A stretch of 64,000 nucleotides of DNA, taken from Octopus vulgaris. Lineage: Eukaryota. The position numbers and the translations under genes are program-made. The stretch covers positions 61,628,001 to 61,692,000 of the forward strand of contig OX597823.1 of assembly GCA_951406725.2 (NCBI GenBank), written 5' to 3'. The notes below the pieces were generated by a model, which saw only the letters and a program-made list of their open reading frames with translations, made no database searches and was not told where the DNA came from. Position 1 is the stretch's first letter. Each line of letters begins with the position of its first letter. Of this stretch, positions 39,046-53,665 are shown piece after piece.

Positions 39046-39432
39046 AATAATAATAATAATAATGATAATACAAAATGTGCTACGCTGTTGATGAGATGAC
39101 GAAAGCTTGTCAGAAATGAAGGACAGTGTGCCAAGTGGTGAAATGATGAAGACAATTAAACCTCAGTCCAGTTATCAATATCTGGGAATACTTGAAAGTT
39201 ACAAGATAATGCATGATTAATTCAAAGCAATGTGAATAAATAAGCATTACATTTGACAGAATAAACTGATTGCTAACGGGTTAATTAAAATCACTTTTCA
39301 AGTTATCAGTCACTCTTGAGGTCCTTGTCATTCTGACAGACAAATGCACATGTATATATGTATATGATTCAATGTTGATTGAAAAGGATAAATGAATAAA
39401 AGAAAAAAAACATAAAATAGTATACAACTTAC

Positions 39433-39727
39433 TGGGAAATTGGTCCTTATGTGCCTCCATATATTTCAAGACAAATAGATCTGCATTGATAATGATGAAT
39501 CTGTGTTCAAAAAGGTCAATTTTTGCTCCAATATAGAAGTCGTGTATACCATAGTAGACGGGGTTTTCAGGGTCACTGTTAGGTTTGGGAACTTTCATTA
39601 AATTAAGGAACTTTCCAGTTACAATGCCAGAATTTCTACAAGGTGGCTCATGAACCATAATCTTCTGGTCTGCTGGGTGATAAGTGATTATAAAGCGGCG
39701 ACCTTTATTCTCGTCCATGACACTATC
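39433..39727 (-). CDS. EFHC1: EFHC1 exon: DM10 domain 3
   Basis: ttaatcag|GAT...CCCA|gtaagt, 295 nt, phase 0/1; DSVMDENKGRRFIITYHPADQKIMVHEPPCRNSGIVTGKFL...NPVYYGIHDFYIGAKIDLFEHRFIIINADLFVLKYME, matching EFHC1 EPPVRNSGIIGGKYL and NPVYYGPSDFFIGA. Confidence 0.96.
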
Positions 39728-41229
39728 CTGATTAACAAAAGACAATAAATAAATAAATAAATAAATAAATAAAATAAATGTGTGGCTGTGTGGTATGAAG
39801 CTTGCTTCTCAATCACATGGTTTCAGCCTCAGTCCCACTGCATACCACCTTGGGTAAGTGTCTTCTTCTATAGCTTCAGGCTGATCAAAGCCTTGTCAGT
39901 GGATTTGGTAAATGGAAACTGAAAAAAGCCTATCATATAAATATGTGTGTGTGTGTGTCTTTGTGTCTGTGTTTGTCCCCTCATCACTGCTTGACAACCA
40001 GTGTTGACGTGTTAACAGTTTGGCAAAAGAGTCCTATAGAATAAGTACTAGGCTTAAGCAATAAATCCTGGGTGGGGTGTCAAGGCAGGGCTCCAGCATG
40101 GCTGCAATCAAATGACTGAAACAAGTAAAAGAATTAAAGAATAAGAATAATCCATTTTTTAAAATCTGTTTTTACTAAAATTTTTATTTTAGTAACTATT
40201 TTATGGGAAATAAAATCATGTCCTGCAAACAGACTATTTGGTTGATTTTCTGAGTTAGAATCTGTTTACCGTATTCTCTTCACTGAGAATCTGACTGAGT
40301 TGATGGCTCCTGTTGGTCAACCACATGTTACATGGTCACAGCAGGTGAGGAAGTATCTCACAGATATGGAGACTGACTGACACTCTGCTTGATGAGTTTC
40401 CTGGGAGGACACAGGTATATACCAACAAATGGTAAATGCAGCAACACACTGCAACAACACATGCCCCCCTCCCCCGCACACACACACACACACCAGGCCT
40501 GACCTGACCTTGTGAGCATTCCATTTGAAACTGATTCTATATTACAAAGCCCTTTATTACAAGGCCCCACTTTATGAGATCCTGAGTTTATGAGCTTTTA
40601 CAAGTTTTATTTTCTGTTTACAAGTTTTCACTTTATGAGCATTCTCCAGGAATGAATGCACTCTTATACTGAGGCATTACTGAATTTCTCTTTAAATTTC
40701 AAACCTTTGATCTTTTTCCCAGGTAAGCAGCTTCTCATGAATTTATGTTTTTTTTTTTGATAAATTTCACTAAATTCAACCAAATCCATTTTTTTTCTAT
40801 TTTGTTTTTGTTTTTACAAAATTATTTGAGACATGTAAACAGTAGAATGGTGTAAGAAATATTGTCACGAAAGCATCAAGCAAAACCTTAAGAAGTAACT
40901 GGTCAATAAAATTGTAATGCTCCTGATTGGTGATAGGTCTTTATGTTTCAAAGATACTATAGGTGCAGGAGTGGCTGTGTAGAAAGAAGTTTGCTTCCCA
41001 ACTACATCAGGTGAAAGTAAAGCCCAACTACGATGATCTAGTGGGAGATCGGGGGTGGGGAAGACATGTCTGTACCAGCACACATGATGGAGTGTTATGA
41101 GGTGGGAGGCTGGAGGTTGGTGCATGCACACATGCAGTTCTCTGTTGGAAACACGATGGTACCATCTTGTTTTCTCATTGGTTCTCAGGGCTCTGGTATT
41201 GAAGCCATTGATCCTCTTTGCCAGGGTCT

Positions 41230-41550
41230 CTGAAAGAGATCACGTTTCTGCTCCATAAATGAGAATGGAAAGGACTGATGCATTATAAATGTGGAGTAGA
41301 TATCCTTCAGGTGGATTGGGTGAAGACAAAGCTAATGCTTGTTGGTGATGGCCCAGATCCTCCCCATCTCCATATTGGCCCCAACGTCATGAAGTTTGTC
41401 AGCTTCTTCAGCTACCTGGGTTCCAAAGTCACCAATGACAGAGACCTGACCCCGGAGATCAACAGCAGATGTGGTCTGGCCGCTAAGGTCATATACACCC
41501 TACAGAAACCCCTCTTGTCCCACTGTTCTATCTCCTGGAAGATCCCTCTT
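41230..41550 (+). mobile_element. Degraded LINE RT fragment (RTE-like)
   Basis: VDWVKTKLM...MKFVSFFSYLGSKVTNDRDLTPEINSRCGLA resembles the KTK...F.YLGS...EI..R RT thumb motif. Confidence 0.7.
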
Positions 41551-41755
41551 TTTAGTCTGTTAAAATTAAGTTACATTTCTGCATGGTCTCTATTTACAGC
41601 AAAATCAGCTGCACCAGTTGTGAGTTCAATGTATTTGTCATGAAAATTCATCATTTAGCAATAATGGGATACAAATCTTCAACTGGTCAGGAGAAGAAAG
41701 AATCCTGTACTTTGCAACAACTATATAAAATGATAAAAAGCTAAGCTATACTTAC

Positions 41756-41890
41756 CATGATTGCTTCAAACCGCAAAGTCACCATCTCATTTTCGCTCAA
41801 ATACGAATTATCTGTTTGAGCGAATTGTGGGGGAGCTCGAGTAGTAGTGTCTGTCACATCAACTCCTTTGGTTGGAGCAGTTACGTCTTC
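41756..41890 (-). CDS. EFHC1: EFHC1 exon: linker and start of DM10 domain 3
   Basis: tcttacag|GAA...ATG|gtaagt, 135 nt, phase 0/0; EDVTAPTKGVDVTDTTTRAPPQFAQTDNSYLSENEMVTLRFEAIM. The end aligns with human MLVNDNKVLRYLAVL. Confidence 0.85.
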
Positions 41891-42262
41891 CTGTAAGATT
41901 AAAATTCTCATTCAGTATAATGTTATGATTATATTCCTCATACATAGATAGAATACTCCCCAAATGTTACTGTAATATAACCTTAATCCTCAAATGTTAT
42001 TATATGATTCTATGTTAATTACATGGTTTACCAGTTTTTCTCGCATCGGTTTTAGCTCTTCAATCAGAAATTGGATGAGTTATCTAGAAGCTGTTTATTG
42101 TGTAAATGTGTTTGCATTTTTATTATGTTATTCATGACATATGTTTGTGTGTGCAGGTGTGTCCTGTATGTGTGTGTGTGTGCACGTGTGTGTGTGTGTA
42201 TACATAGAGAGAGAGAGAGAGAAAAACAGACAGACAGATATATAGATGGATAGATAGGCAGG

Positions 42263-42297
<35 letters not shown>

Positions 42298-42370
42298 GTA
42301 GGTAGGTAGATAGGTATGTATGTATATATGTATGTATGTATGTATGTATGTAGGTAGGTAGGTAGATAGG

Positions 42371-42452
<82 letters not shown>

Positions 42453-42524
42453 TAGATATATACACTCACATGTTTGTGTATGCGTGTGTGTGTATGTGTT
42501 TGTATGTACATATTTCTATATGTA

Positions 42525-42566
<42 letters not shown>

Positions 42567-42655
42567 AACATACATACATGCATACATACATGCATGCATA
42601 CATATATCGTCATCATCATATTTATCATTCGTGTTTCATGCTGGCAGGGGCTAGA

Positions 42656-42731
<76 letters not shown>

Positions 42732-44149
42732 GTGTGTGTGTGTGTAAATACACCATGGTCAAAAGCCCACAGGCTGAAACCAGTAAAAGAGTAAAAAAAA
42801 GTGAAACAAAATAATAAATAATTAAACAAATAAATTAATAAAGTCTATTAACCAATTTAATGTGATATTTGTATTTGTTTGCCGATGGTACATTTGCATA
42901 TTATTACATTAATGGCTTCTTTTGACACTGTACAAATGAGAAAATACAACATACACTTTTTTGTGTTTTCTTTTTTTTTGTTACCTCCAAGAGAATTATC
43001 AGTATAACTAAAGGTAAATGGTTTCAATCAAGGTTGGGAGGTACATTAGAATTGTGGCATTTTTTTTTGTGTGTGTGTATGTGTGTATGTGTGTGTGTGT
43101 GTGTTTGTGTCTGTGTGTGTGTATTGTTTTGGAAAACCTTTTGTCCACAACACTCATTTCATTTTGCGACACTTATTCATTGAAGATAGTTTTTTTTTTT
43201 TAATTGTTTGTTAATTCGTACCATAAACACAGAGCCACACATTTTGGAGAAGACAGGCAGTCAATTACGTAAACTCCAATACTTGATCTGTACCTATTTA
43301 ACACTTTTGTCACCATAATTCAGTTGGATCACACCACCTTTCTTTTAATTAATTTGGTGTCAGGGGAGAGTCATTTACTTTTTGTGCCTTATAATTTAAC
43401 ACACTCACCGGTAAAATTTTCCCTTATTTCTTAATTTCATTTTCCTAAAATTTTCGTTGCATCTTACAACCTTTAGAGAGAGGTTTGGAGACGCCACTAT
43501 GAAAGGTTGCTAAATAAAGAGCCTAGACTATTGAAAATGTTGCAAAACCCCACAAACATTTTAGAAAAATAAAAATAAGAAATAAGTGGAAATTTTACCG
43601 GTGAGTGAGTTAAATTATAAAGCACAAAAAGAAAATGACAGAATATGCTTCAACACACGAACTCATATAAAGAATCTTGCAAACTAAATCCAAAAACGAA
43701 ATAAAATAACTTTGTTGTTATTAAATTGGTGTTTTGAATATAAATTAACAGGAAATTTTGATGGAAAGTTTTAATTTAGACTACTTTAAAACAGGAACTT
43801 TGTTTCATAGAATCAAGAGGGATTTCAGCCAGGTAAGTTTCAAAAGGGTTAATCCTTTAGTATTGGAACTAGTCATATCCAACCCAAATATTTTACTTGT
43901 TTTATGTTTAAACCAACCAGAAGAGGCCTCTCTCACCTTCACTACAATGTCATTCACAAAATAAACAATCACAGCACTGAAATAGTGAAGCAACGAAATA
44001 ACGTATGCAAAATTTAAAACAATGTAAATAAATAAACTTTACATCTGTCACATTGTGCTGAATTCTAAAGTGTCAAAACATCATCAAGAGAATAAAGAAC
44101 GAAGTCGACTCTATATTATTATAAACGAGACGTGTAGATTTGTGCTGCC

Positions 44150-44895
44150 TCTAAGAAGTAAGGTGGAGAGGAGGTACCACTAGGTTCCTCACAGGCAAAG
44201 AACACAGGTACAAGATTTTCTGGGCATGGGTATACTTCTTGCGGAGAAATGGGTTGATAAGGTAATCGGGGTAGTCAGAGTATGTGATAAAATATTTAGA
44301 TTAGTGCTACATCATAGATTAGCAACCATTATCTCGGCCTAAGCCCCTCAGCTGGGGCTACCTGATGGACAGAAAGGCCGATTTTATGACACCCTCTAGC
44401 AGACTACCTCATTGATGAATGACAGGGACCTTCTCTTTGTGGCTGTTGACTTCAATGGAGATGTTGGACAACATACAGGGGGCTTCCATGGCGTACATGG
44501 AGGCTATGGTTTTAGTTCTCACAATGAGGAGGGAACCAAGCTGCTGGAGTTCTGTGATGCAAATGATGCTTTGGTTTGTAATACTAACTTCAGGAAACCT
44601 GTCAGTCACCTAGTTAACTACTGTTCTGGTAGATACACTAGCCAAATTGACTATATTCTCACCAGAAAAAGGGAAAGATGGCTGCTTACAAATGCCAAAA
44701 CCTTCCCAGGTGAAGAATGTACCCCACACTCTCGGAGTGGTTGATGTTAGGAAGGGCATCCAGCTGTAGAAACTCTGCCAGATCTGATTGGAGCCTGGTG
44801 CAGCCATCTGGTTTGCCAGTCCTCAGTCAAATCATCCAACCCCTGCTAGCATGGAAAGCGGAAAATGATAATGATGATGATGATGATGATGATGA
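44150..44895 (+). mobile_element. Internally deleted RTE LINE: APE endonuclease remnant joined to the 3' tail
   Basis: VAVDFNGDVG...HGGYGFSSHNEEGTKLLEFCDANDALVCNTNFRK...SQIDYIL...FPGEEC (RTE APE), followed directly at ~44727 by the standard 3' end and (ATG)n. Confidence 0.85.
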
Positions 44896-47302
44896 ATAAC
44901 AATAATGTTTCAAATTTTGGAAAAAGGTCAGTAATTTTGAAGGAAGGGGTAAGTCAATTACATTGACTCCAGTACTGGATAGGTTCTTATTTTATCAACA
45001 CCAGAGGGATGAAATACAAAACTGACCTCAGAGGAGAGTTTTAAAACAGAATGTGAAAAACAGGAAGGAATACTGCAAGGCATTTATTTATTTATTTATT
45101 TTTTTTTTTGTTCTAATCATTTGGGCAATGGATAAGAGAACAACATGAAAACACACCATGAGCATCATAGAAAAAGAGACCAAAAAGGAAATATCAACCC
45201 TTTAACATTCAGATTACTCTGTCAAATGAAATTCTTATTTATCCACATTGTTTTGAATTTGTCATCTATTATCTTGTAGCTTTGAGATTTCAATGAAGTG
45301 ATTGTATAGTTTTAGAATAACATTGTAGGGTGAAAGTTAAAGCTAAGGTAGAGTTACCTTTCCAAGTCATACTGACTCATAAGGGCCAGTTTCATGGCAT
45401 ATATATGTTCCCCATCGAGATGGAATATCAGTCTGTTACTCACTTTTGCCAGCTGAGTGGACAGGAGCAATGTGAAATGAAATATTTTGCTCAAGAACAT
45501 GACTCATCCAGTCCAGGAATTGAAACCACAATCATACAATTATGAGTCCACCACCCAAACCAGTAAGCCATGTGCCTCCACATGTTGTAGGTTTGATAGT
45601 TATGAGAGGCCAGAGCTGGCTAGCTGGTTTGAGCATAAATTGGGTAGAATATTTGTGCCAGTTATAGCCAGTTTAAATGCCAGAGGGTTAAAGAGGAAAT
45701 ACAAAAAGTAATAAGGCAGGATAGTAAATTTAAACAGCTCCATTATTTGACGGTAAAATTATTTTATTAACACTTGTAGGATGATAAACTAAAGTGACCT
45801 TGGTGAAATGGCATGTCTCAGAATATCAAACTCAAAAACCAAACCATTTTTTCTTTCCATAAATATGAACATGATCTAGTGTTGATAATCCTATAAATGT
45901 TTTATCACAATCTTCAGTCAAATAGCAGCAGCTTTCTGTCAAATGATAATTCTGAGTAAATTGAACATTCCTGATGTTTTAACCTCTTTTATTCTTCTAT
46001 ATTTGACACAGAGACATCATATCAAAGATCTCTAACAAACATGGAAAGCGTTTTAATAGTTATCAACTGAAATGTTGCTTGCCAAATATTTTATGACATC
46101 GTTGATAACAACTATGTTCAGTGCTTCATTTATATTCCATTTGCCGAATAATAACGACATATTTATGCCAAAATGAAATTATGTATGTTATAATGAAGAT
46201 ACTTGGTCATAACTTTGATATACCAAATGTAATAAGATTCTTAGAGGCAGTAAACTAAACCACAGAGATTAAGTAAAGAGCTATAACTCCTGTTAGTCTT
46301 TAATAAGTACAAAGAATGTCAAAATAGCAGTAAAGAAATACAGTTTCAGACAAAAGTAAGACAGCTTATGAATCCATATCTTTTATCTCTTTACTTGTTT
46401 CACTTATTGAACTGAGGCCATGATGGAGCACTGCCTTGAAGGGTTTAGTCAAACAAATGAACCCCAGTATTTTTTTTAACCCTTAAACATTCAGATTACT
46501 CTGTCAAATGTACAGCCTATTTATTCACATTGTTTTTAACTAATCGTATGTTATCTTGTAGCTTTGAGGTTTCAATGATGTCATTGTTTATTTTTAGACT
46601 GACATTGTAGGGTAGGAGCGAGAGGCCAGATCCGGCCAGTCTGAGCATAAAGCAGGTAGAATATATGGGCTGTATATGGCCAGTTTAAATGCTAAAAGTT
46701 AAGGGTCCTTAATTTGAAGGGGATTACCCTTGCATTCTGAATGTATATTTGTCTGGTTGGGGAACAAACGCAAATGCTCACACTCACAAACATATGTGGT
46801 GGGTGGGGATTCCTCATAGTTTTCATCAATCAATACTATACCAGAAGATGCTTGCCCAATGTGTCACATGGTGAGACTGAACTCAAAAACCCATGGTAGC
46901 AAAGCAAGCTTCTTAACCACACAGCCATGCCTGCACCTTTGCTTTCTAATTAAAACTTTAGAACACAAGCTGATAGATTCAATGGAAACTTCACAGTCTG
47001 AACATTAAAATCATCTCATCCTCATGTAAATTTCATATTTCTTACTGAATAATTTTTGATTTAATACACTTCATTCATTATTACTTTGCTTTCCAAGCAC
47101 CCAATTCCTTTGTGTCTGCTTTTGTTGGCACCAATCAGAAGTTACTATGTTCAAAGTATAAATGTAAATGAAAGAGAATTTTATGAATTTTATTTTGATA
47201 AAACACATCATTACAAAACTGGTAATATTCTATTGTGTATTATACACACAGAATAGAAATACTACTACTGCTGCTGCTGCTAGTACCACCACCACCACTA
47301 CA

Positions 47303-47352
<50 letters not shown>

Positions 47353-48126
47353 ATTGTTATTGCCATCATAGCCACTGCTACTGCGATCATCATCACCATC
47401 ATTTTCATCACTATCACTACCACCATTACCACCACCACCACCAACAACAACAACAGCCACACTACTATCACCACCATCACCACTTCTACAATTTTTCTAT
47501 GCTCGCGTACACTTGATGCATCCTAATCAACACAGCAGACTTCCAATGGTTGCATTCCTTCATCATCACCCCATCACCTTCGTAGGTTTAGCTGTTCTCT
47601 GTATTCAGGGCCCATGTCTCACTACCACATTGTAGTATTGCTGTTCATACACATGCATCAGACGTTCTATTTTTCACTCTGAGAGAGAGAGAGAGGGAGG
47701 ATTTTTGTTATTACCCACAGAGGTAATAGGTTAATAAACTTTCTCCGTCTTGTTCTTATTCAAGTCATCATCATCATCATCGTTTAACGTCCACTTTCCA
47801 TGCTAGCATGGGTTGGACGATTTGACTGAGGACTGGCAAACCAGATGGCTGCATCAGGCTCCAATCTTGATCAGGCAGAGTTTCTACAGCTGGATGCCCT
47901 TCCTAACGCCAACCACTCCATGAGTGTAGTGAGTGCTTTTACATGCCACCGGCATGAGGGCCAGTCAGGCAGAACTGGCAACAGCCATGCTCAAATGGTG
48001 TTTTTTACATGCCACCTGCACAAGAGCCAATCCAGCAGCACTGGCAATGACCTCCCTCGAATGTTTTTTTCACATGCCACAGGCACAAGTGCCAGTAAGG
48101 CGACGCTGTGAATATATATATATATC

Positions 48127-48158
<32 letters not shown>

Positions 48159-48674
48159 TCATAATGGTTGTTGTCGTTTTAACTTCCATTTTTCTGTGCT
48201 TGCATGGGTTGAACTAAGTTTATTAAAGCAGATTTTCTATAGCCAGATGCTTTCTTGTTGCCTACTCTCATTTGTTTCTAAGCTGTAATATTTTCCTATG
48301 GTCAGACATCTTTTCACAGAATACTGGAGACAAACGACACTGCTTGTATGACTGAGACACACATTTACAACCATCATGCCACAAACAAACACATGCAAAT
48401 ACACATACATATATACGTACATACATACATACATGTGTACATATGTACATGTGTGTGTGTGTGGGGGGGGGGTATAAACATACACACACAGAATGGGCTT
48501 CTTTCAGTTTCCACCAACCAAACCCATCCAGAAGACTTTGGCCAGTTTGGGCTATAGTAGAAGGCACTTGCCCAAGGTACCATGTGGTTGGGAAGCAAAC
48601 TTCTTACCACACAGTTGTGCTTGCACCTGTGTGAGTGTGTGTGTAAATAAATAAATGTGTGTGTTTTTGTGTGC

Positions 48675-48720
<46 letters not shown>

Positions 48721-48733
48721 ATACATATGTATA

Positions 48734-49759
<1,026 letters not shown>

Positions 49760-50986
49760 GGGAGGAGAGAGAGAGAGAAAAAGAGAAAGTATGACTTGCT
49801 AATTCTGTAAAAAATAGCTGTAAACATTTCATCTATATATACAATATTTTTGCAGACAGAAAATGAGGGATCAGGTAAGCTAATTTCAACCTTTATTTGA
49901 AATCCCAAGAATCAAGTAGTCTCATTAATGAATTGTTTGAGCCTTTTTTTTTCCAATTAATGTGTATCATCTAAAATACACCATTATTATTACATCTATA
50001 TACAAGAAACTGACAGTGGTTTCAGAACTTGTCCTCTTAATGATAAATGCTTGACAAAAGTAATTACATATGAAGTAAACATAAAATCTCAGTAAGACAG
50101 AATGGAAACAAAAATATCTCATAAAAGTATTAGTGAAGGGAACTTTAAATGTTGCTTCTTTAATCATAAGTCCATCTTTGCAAACATGGAAATGAGGAAT
50201 GTCATTGCTTTATTCAGATATGTCACAATTGAAAGAAAGATGTGTTGAACATTTTAACATTAACTAGGCTGTCACTGAGTACAGCATATCCTATATGCTA
50301 ACAAGCCACTGCTATTGATGATGTTTTTCTATATGTCTCCATTGAAGTCTAATGTTGGCTCCGTAATATACATTGCTAAATATACATTGCCGAGAAATAC
50401 CATATTGTAACAAAATAAATTCCTTAAACAGAAAAGCAGAGATAATGTCAAATGGTATCATGGAAGCAAATTCTAAGTGGCAAATATAGCAAATTAAAAT
50501 TGTGGAATAGAATCTGATTATTTTATTAGGCATAAATATAGAAACAACTAGAAGTTTATAACATTTGGCCATGCAGTACTGAATGTCAATGATAATTCTG
50601 ATAACATTTAAAATGTTTCTTCATTGAAACATTAATATTGTATCTTTGTTGATAAGCCAGTTGATTCTCTAACAAGAAATTTGGAATTATAGAAATGTTA
50701 ACTTTGAAAATAAAACAAACAAATATATAAATAAACAATGAATATGATGACAATGACAGCAACAATAACAACGATAATAGATGCAGATAGATAGATAAAT
50801 AGATTGATGGATGGATGGATGGATAGTACAGACACACAGATATTGAATGCATAAATTTTACATAAAATATATGGAATTTAATGGCTGAAACCAAAATTCA
50901 TCTATATATTCATAACTTTTAACAAAATATATTTAACACTTCAGTAAAGAAATCTTTCAATAAAGATCATAGATGTTAATACATAC

Positions 50987-51037
50987 CATTCCTGGCACAT
51001 GAGCTCTTTCTGGTCTCTCACAGGTTTCTTCTAAGTT
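50987..51037 (-). CDS. EFHC1: Putative 51-nt EFHC1 micro-exon (NLEETCERPERAHVPGM)
   Basis: Long polypyrimidine tract then tttttcaaag|AAC...ATG|gtatgt; phase 0/0, open, in unique sequence between two phase-0 exons. No homology support. Confidence 0.6.
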
Positions 51038-52449
51038 CTTTGAAAAAGTAAAAAAAAAAAAAACTTAAATCAAAAACAATTTGCTCAAATCAACAATAAT
51101 TCTCATTATCAAAGCCAAGGAACCCAGACAAATTGAAGAAAGATATTTGTCTCAACAATGTTAAGGGGCATTTCTTTAGACACACATGCTTTAACAAAAG
51201 CAAATGGGCACTTTACTTCCAGTTGCCTTATAGTGTGCTGGACAGCAGCCCTTAACTGCTAATGTATGTATGTATGTATGTATGTATGTATGTATGTATG
51301 TATGCACGTAAGTATGTAAGTATGCATGTATGTATTCTCATGCATATAGTAGCATGTTTAGACATGCTCATAGATACTTACTCATTTACTCATTTATTTG
51401 TTTCAGTCATTTGACTGCAGCCATGCTGGAGCACTGCCTTTAGTCGAGCAAATCGACCCCGGGACTTATTCTTTGTAAGCCCAGTACTTATTCTATCGGT
51501 CTCTTTTTGCCGAACCGCCAAGTGACGGGGGACGTAAACACACCAGCATCGGTTGTCAAGCAATGCTAGGGGGATAAACACAGACACACAAACATATACA
51601 CACACACACATATACATATATATATATACATATATACGACAGGCTTCTTTCAGTTTCCATCTACCAAATCCACTCACAAGGCATTGGTCGGCCCGGGGCT
51701 ATAGCAGAAGACACTTGCCCAAGATGCTACGCAGTGGGACTGAACCCAGAACCATGTGGTTGGTAAACAAGCTACTTACCACACAGCCACTCCTGCACCT
51801 ATTTAAGTGATAAACTTCAGGAAAGTTTTACAAATATTTACAGTTCCAGTGATGGCTTGGATCTGTTGTCTTTGAATCAGGTTTTCTCCTTTCTGGTTTC
51901 AAGAAGCCTAACTTTTCAAGACTGGTATTTAGGTAGTGTGTTATATATTCTAGTGCCCCAATATTTACAGGTGTAAACCTGAACTACTAATCTGGATAGA
52001 GTAGCTGGATAGAGTAGCTGTAAATTCCTCAATAGTTCAGCGTAGATATTTTCTCTTCTTTTCTTATGTATGTATGTATTGTGTGTATGTATGTATGTAT
52101 GTATGTATGTATGTATGTATGTATGTATGTATGTATGTATGTATGTATGTATGTATGTATGTATGTGTTCATGTATGTTCTTTATTTTTTTTAATTTTAG
52201 AGAAAATTTTGACCAGCCACCTACTTCGTAAGAAGGTTGTAAAGGAAAGTAAATTGTTTTAACAATCCTCTTTTAAATCTTAAGACGGTCTCACAGATAT
52301 TTATTGTTCCAGCTATTATGATCATTTGTAGTGTATGAATTGGGGATTTGCATTCTTTCCCCAAGAATGTAACTTGGGTACTAGATTTGCAAACTGTATG
52401 TATGTATGTATGTATGTATGTATGTATGTATGTACGTATGTATGTATGA

Positions 52450-53665
52450 GCTTGCACTAGTTTCATCTGACCTTTCGGATGAAACTAGTGCAGACTCAAT
52501 GCCTATCACGGGAATGCAGAAATTCCGGGATGGTGTCCAGTGTGCTAGACGACCACTGGGAGTGAGTCACCCCTCAGCTTCTGTTGAAGCATGCCTCTAG
52601 GAGAAGGTCACTTTGATATAAAGCCAGATATGCAAGGAATGGCATTGGACATTTTGGAGATCTTTTGGTTTGTGCTAGAGATCATGGCACTCCCACATCC
52701 CTGAGCCTGCAACTCATATTGGCACCAGATATCTCACTCTGGTTTGTCTCTAGATAATGTCAATAGAGTGGAGAGGATCTATGAGGTGTCAAGCAAGCCT
52801 CATTGGACCTAAAACTCTGCACAGACATTGCTGACCTCTGCTTGATATGTGCTGCTTTTTTTTTTCCTACTATATATATTTTAACATAAGGGACATCAGC
52901 CATCTGAATGTGGCTAGGGACAGGGCAGGGCGGTGGGAGTGTTACTAATGCATCAGTAACACCCCCACCACCCTGCCCTGTCCCTAGCCACGTTCAGATG
53001 GCTGATGTCCCTTATGTTATGGAGCAGTTACTGTTTATATCTCGTTTAGAGAATTATTATTGCTATATATATTTTATTTTCAGTATATATATATCTCTAT
53101 CGTTAGAATATATTTATTTATTTTTAGTATATATTAATTCGATTTTTATTTAGAAGTCCTGCAGTGATCGGAAGGTGGTGAAGCTTGCAGACCTGATGGG
53201 TTGGAAGCATGAAGTCAGCAACCTGCACATAGGTGGCCCATGCTAGATATAAAGCCATCTTCTTGTTGCCCAAGGCAGCAATAGAATTCAGTTGCTGTAT
53301 GGGTGTCTGAGCAACTCCATTTGGAAAGGGCACTGCTCACCCAGAGGGTGGGGAGGTTCTAGAAAAGGTGAACCAAAATTTGCTAGTCTTTCTATATTTG
53401 GTTAGTTTAGCACTCGAAAAACAAAGAGACTTTTTTTTTACAAAATCTGAATGGAACTTGAACATTTCATGTTGGAATGTGTGCATTCTGTTAGATAACA
53501 AGAGTGACTGTAGGCCTCAAAGATGCATTGCACTTGTTGCTTGCAATCTGAACTGTTATAAAATTGATATAGCTGCACTTTCAGAGACTTGTATAGAAGG
53601 TGATGGTCAGCTTGAGGAAGTAAGAGGTGGATACACCTTTTTTGGGAAGGGGAGGCTAAAGGAGG
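52450..53665 (+). mobile_element. 5' part of an RTE/BovB-like LINE (5'UTR and APE N-terminus), degraded
   Basis: LNISCWNVCILLD...RPQRCIALVACNLNCYKIDIAALSETCIEGDGQLEEVRGGYTFF resembles the RTE APE start (WNVRTL, DIAALSET, GYTF). Confidence 0.75.
52882..53019. repeat. 138-bp near-perfect GC-rich palindrome inserted at (TA)n
   Basis: taacataagggacatcagccatctgaa...gttactaatgcatcagtaac...ttcagatggctgatgtcccttatgtta. Confidence 0.93.

Noticed and set aside
47230-47516. Poly-V/poly-L/poly-H ORFs
   Set aside because: Compound trinucleotide microsatellite (CTA/CAC/CAT/CAA).
49960-50900. Hydrophobic short ORFs suggesting a nested membrane-protein gene (also 19631-19843, 54111-54296)
   Set aside because: Expected from AT-rich sequence; no motif, splice structure or continuous frame.
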